Of a stretch of 18,439 nt of DNA, positions 16,554 through 18,439 are shown piece after piece. The stretch is from an uncultured Nitrososphaerota archaeon (GTDB taxonomy: Archaea > Korarchaeota > Korarchaeia > Korarchaeales > Korarchaeaceae): NCBI GenBank assembly GCA_964618805.1, contig CAZUBM010000030.1:1-18439 (forward strand), given 5' to 3'. A program made the translations under genes and the position numbers. Each line of letters starts with the position of its first letter. The first letter of the stretch is position 1. Under the pieces are notes generated by a model that made no database searches, was not told where the DNA came from, and saw only the letters and a program-made list of their open reading frames with translations.

Positions 16554-16982
16554 ATGGGAGAAGAGAAAGAAGCTTATGTCACTTGCCAGAGGGATTGCCC
16601 TGATGCCTATGAACACATCCTATACAAGTTCGCTCCAACCCAAGCGAAACAAGGAGAAGTTTACACCCCAAGGGAAGCAATCCAGCTTTCAGTTGAAATT
16701 CTAGATCCGAAACCGGGGCAAAGCGTTTACGATCCCGCATGTGGCTTTGGAGGAATGCTAATAGTATCTTACAAGTACGTTAGGGAGAAATATGGCAATG
16801 GCAAAGCTGAAAAGCTCCTATTGTACGGTCAGGGGTACAATTCAGATATTTACGGACTTTGTAAATTGAATCTAATAGCCCACGGAATTACAGATGCTTT
16901 CATGGAATTCGGTGACAGCCTACTATATCCAAGGTTTGCAGAAGGAGGGAAATTAAAACAATTCAATTTAGTGATAATTTGA
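16554..16982 (+). pseudogene. hsdM: Truncated type I restriction-modification M subunit (HsdM / N-6 DNA methylase) fragment with a foreign N-terminus
   Basis: DAYE.IL.KFA...AK.GEVYTPRE, VYDPACG.GGML, LYGQ, LCKLNLIAHG, GDSL.YP. Stops at FNLVII*, just where the catalytic NPP(F/W) should follow. The N-terminal HsdM domain is missing and no hsdS/hsdR is nearby. Confidence 0.88.
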
Positions 16983-17064
16983 GAACTCAAAAATAATATC
17001 GATAGTGAGGGCGAAGAGCGAAGCGACGCAAAGTTCCGAACCCCACCATTTATTTTCTTTTACT

Positions 17065-17202
17065 CTAATATAATTTGTATGTAGCCAATACGACAAGGAA
17101 AATAATAGCCAATCCTGCAGAAATTTCTGGGTCAAGCATTGCTGAAAGCAACACGAAGAAAGCTGCTAAGATGGCAATTATTCCCTCTGTTTTATTATTC
17201 AT
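17065..17202 (-). CDS. Small membrane protein, 45 aa, helical hairpin (not in ORF track)
   Basis: Manual translation MNNKTEGIIAILAAFFVLLSAMLDPEISAGLAIIFLVVLATYKLY*: two hydrophobic helices around a DP turn. More protein-like than the overlapping + strand ORF 17075-17278. Confidence 0.65.
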   Translation of the reverse strand: MNNKTEGIIAILAAFFVLLSAMLDPEISAGLAIIFLVVLATYKLY

Positions 17203-17264
17203 ATCGATAGTTAGTCATTACTTCTCTTTATATCTTTTTATTTCAGGTCTCCCGAAGCCGATTG

Positions 17265-17278
17265 CTAGCGCGCGCTAG
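17265..17278. repeat. Perfect 14-bp palindrome CTAGCGCGCGCTAG
   Basis: Self-complementary, GC-rich, set in an AT-rich divergent intergenic region next to TTTAATAAAT. Confidence 0.8.
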
Positions 17279-17317
17279 TTTAATAAATAATAAAAACATA
17301 AACTGGCGGGAAATGGG

Positions 17318-17506
17318 ATGGAAAAAATTAAGATAACTATTGGAATAGTTTCGGCAATAGTAACAATTTTTGTTATCGCTTATCTTATAACATTGCCAAG
17401 ATCAGTTTTAGAGGAATTCAATTGGGTTTCGATCGTTGCGCTGCTTTTCCTATATTGGATAATTTTCGTTAATTGGTATTCTAAACATAAAAGAGAAAGC
17501 CCTTAA
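17318..17506 (+). CDS. Small hypothetical membrane protein (62 aa, 2 TM)
   Basis: Two hydrophobic helices, basic C-terminus, ATG preceded by G-rich sequence. Confidence 0.6.
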   Translation: MEKIKITIGIVSAIVTIFVIAYLITLPRSVLEEFNWVSIVALLFLYWIIFVNWYSKHKRESP

Positions 17507-17527
17507 GTATTGGAAGGAAATTAGGAA

Positions 17528-17956
17528 GTGAACTTAGAGGCATTAAAGTTGAAGACTAAAGTCCTCTTGTACTCTTTGGGAATTTGGCTGCTTCTTCTTG
17601 TATTGGCTATAATAAATGCGGGAATTAGGGAAGCGCTCTACAAACCAAAGCTTGGCGATAATCTCGGCCACGCCATCAGTTCAATAATCGCAATTGGCTA
17701 CACTCTAATTATAACGTATCTTTTTGTCAATTACATAAAAGTGAGCGTAACAAAAATCGATTTTCTTCTTATAGGAACTCTCTGGTTAACTTTAACTGTC
17801 GTATTCGAGTTTGGCTTCGGCCATTATGTTATGGGGCATTCTTGGGAGTACTTGCTTGCAGACTACAATATTTTTAAGGGAAGGCTCTGGAATCTAGTTC
17901 TTCTAGTAACATTCGTTAGTCCATTATTCTGGGGATACATAATAGGAGTAGACTAA
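17528..17956 (+). CDS. Hypothetical membrane protein (~4 TM)
   Basis: Pattern W...AIINAGIRE..Y...LG...H...IG.LWL.LT..FEF.FGHYV.G.SW..LLADYNI..GRLW.LVL. I recall this from a widespread uncharacterised prokaryotic family; not verified by search. Confidence 0.8.
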   Translation: MNLEALKLKTKVLLYSLGIWLLLLVLAIINAGIREALYKPKLGDNLGHAISSIIAIGYTLIITYLFVNYIKVSVTKIDFLLIGTLWLTLTVVFEFGFGHYVMGHSWEYLLADYNIFKGRLWNLVLLVTFVSPLFWGYIIGVD

Positions 17957-18033
17957 TATGAAAAACCCGAAAAGCATTGTCTTTATTGGAAGAAAACTCA
18001 ACTAACGGTGAGTATGGGTTAGGTGCAAAGGAA

Positions 18034-18439
18034 ATGTCCACGTATGAGAAGTTGCATTTCAAAATAATATCGTTTGTTCATGACACTCTTTATGGGATAT
18101 TTGTGAATCCCTATAAGCTCCTAGATGCGGCTGGGCTAAAGCCCGGGCAAAAAGTGTTAGAAGTTGGCTGTGGACCCGGCTTTTTCACGATCCCCGCAGC
18201 GAAAATTGTGGGAGCTGAAGGAGTGGTTTACGCGCTTGATGTTAATCCCTTCGCCGTTGAGACTGTTCAACGCAAGGTTGAGAAAGAAGGCCTAGATAAC
18301 GTCAAGATTTTATTTGCGGACGCTGCTAAAACAGGTTTGCCAGATGAAAGTGTCGATTTAGCCTTTCTTTTCGGTGTTATTCACGCCTTAGAAGATGTGG
18401 ATGCTGTTATGCGGGAGATGCATCGTGTTTTAAAGGCAA
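18034..18439 (+). CDS. Class I SAM-dependent methyltransferase (UbiE-like fold), 3'-partial (not in ORF track)
   Basis: Manual translation MSTYEKLHFK...GLKPGQKVLEVGCGPGFFTIPAAKIVG..GVVYALDVN...ADAAKTGLPDESVDLAF...MHRVLK; open to the window end; SD-like AGGTG upstream. Confidence 0.9.
   Translation, partial: MSTYEKLHFKIISFVHDTLYGIFVNPYKLLDAAGLKPGQKVLEVGCGPGFFTIPAAKIVGAEGVVYALDVNPFAVETVQRKVEKEGLDNVKILFADAAKTGLPDESVDLAFLFGVIHALEDVDAVMREMHRVLKA

Noticed and set aside
17075-17278. 67-aa + strand ORF
   Set aside because: Antisense shadow of the 45-aa minus-strand membrane peptide.
16983-18033. Integron cassette array with attC sites
   Set aside because: Spacers between the + strand genes are short, and I found no convincing paired RYYYAAC/GTTRRRY boxes or an integrase.
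1-18439. tRNA, rRNA, CRISPR array or transposase
   Set aside because: No cloverleaf, rRNA-like stretch, regularly spaced direct repeats or transposase motifs seen by eye.

Overview
Archaeal genomic DNA, judged from archaeal-type TyrRS and SHMT, TATA-like boxes 20-45 nt upstream of starts, and frequent TTG starts. Left to right it holds: the 3' part of a family-5 peptide-binding protein with a C-terminal membrane anchor; a decayed ADP-forming acyl-CoA synthetase alpha fragment; a small membrane gene; an orphan LuxC-type acyl-CoA reductase; 2-oxoacid:ferredoxin oxidoreductase alpha/beta; tyrS; a HAD hydrolase; a eukaryote-signature module; a livKHMGF-type ABC operon; glyA on the minus strand; and an accessory islet. 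The islet has a chimeric, truncated hsdM remnant, three small membrane genes and a SAM methyltransferase running off the window. The main result is the 8163-10136 module: a longin-like plus roadblock-like protein, a ~6-TM membrane protein and a Rab-like small GTPase. The GTPase P-loop (GNGGVGKT) is missed by the ORF track and has no start codon of its own. It is reachable only from the membrane gene by a +1 frame change, which suggests a membrane-anchored Rab-like GTPase next to a candidate regulator. A sequencing indel or a deletion scar cannot be excluded. All family calls come from motif recognition by eye; no searches were run.
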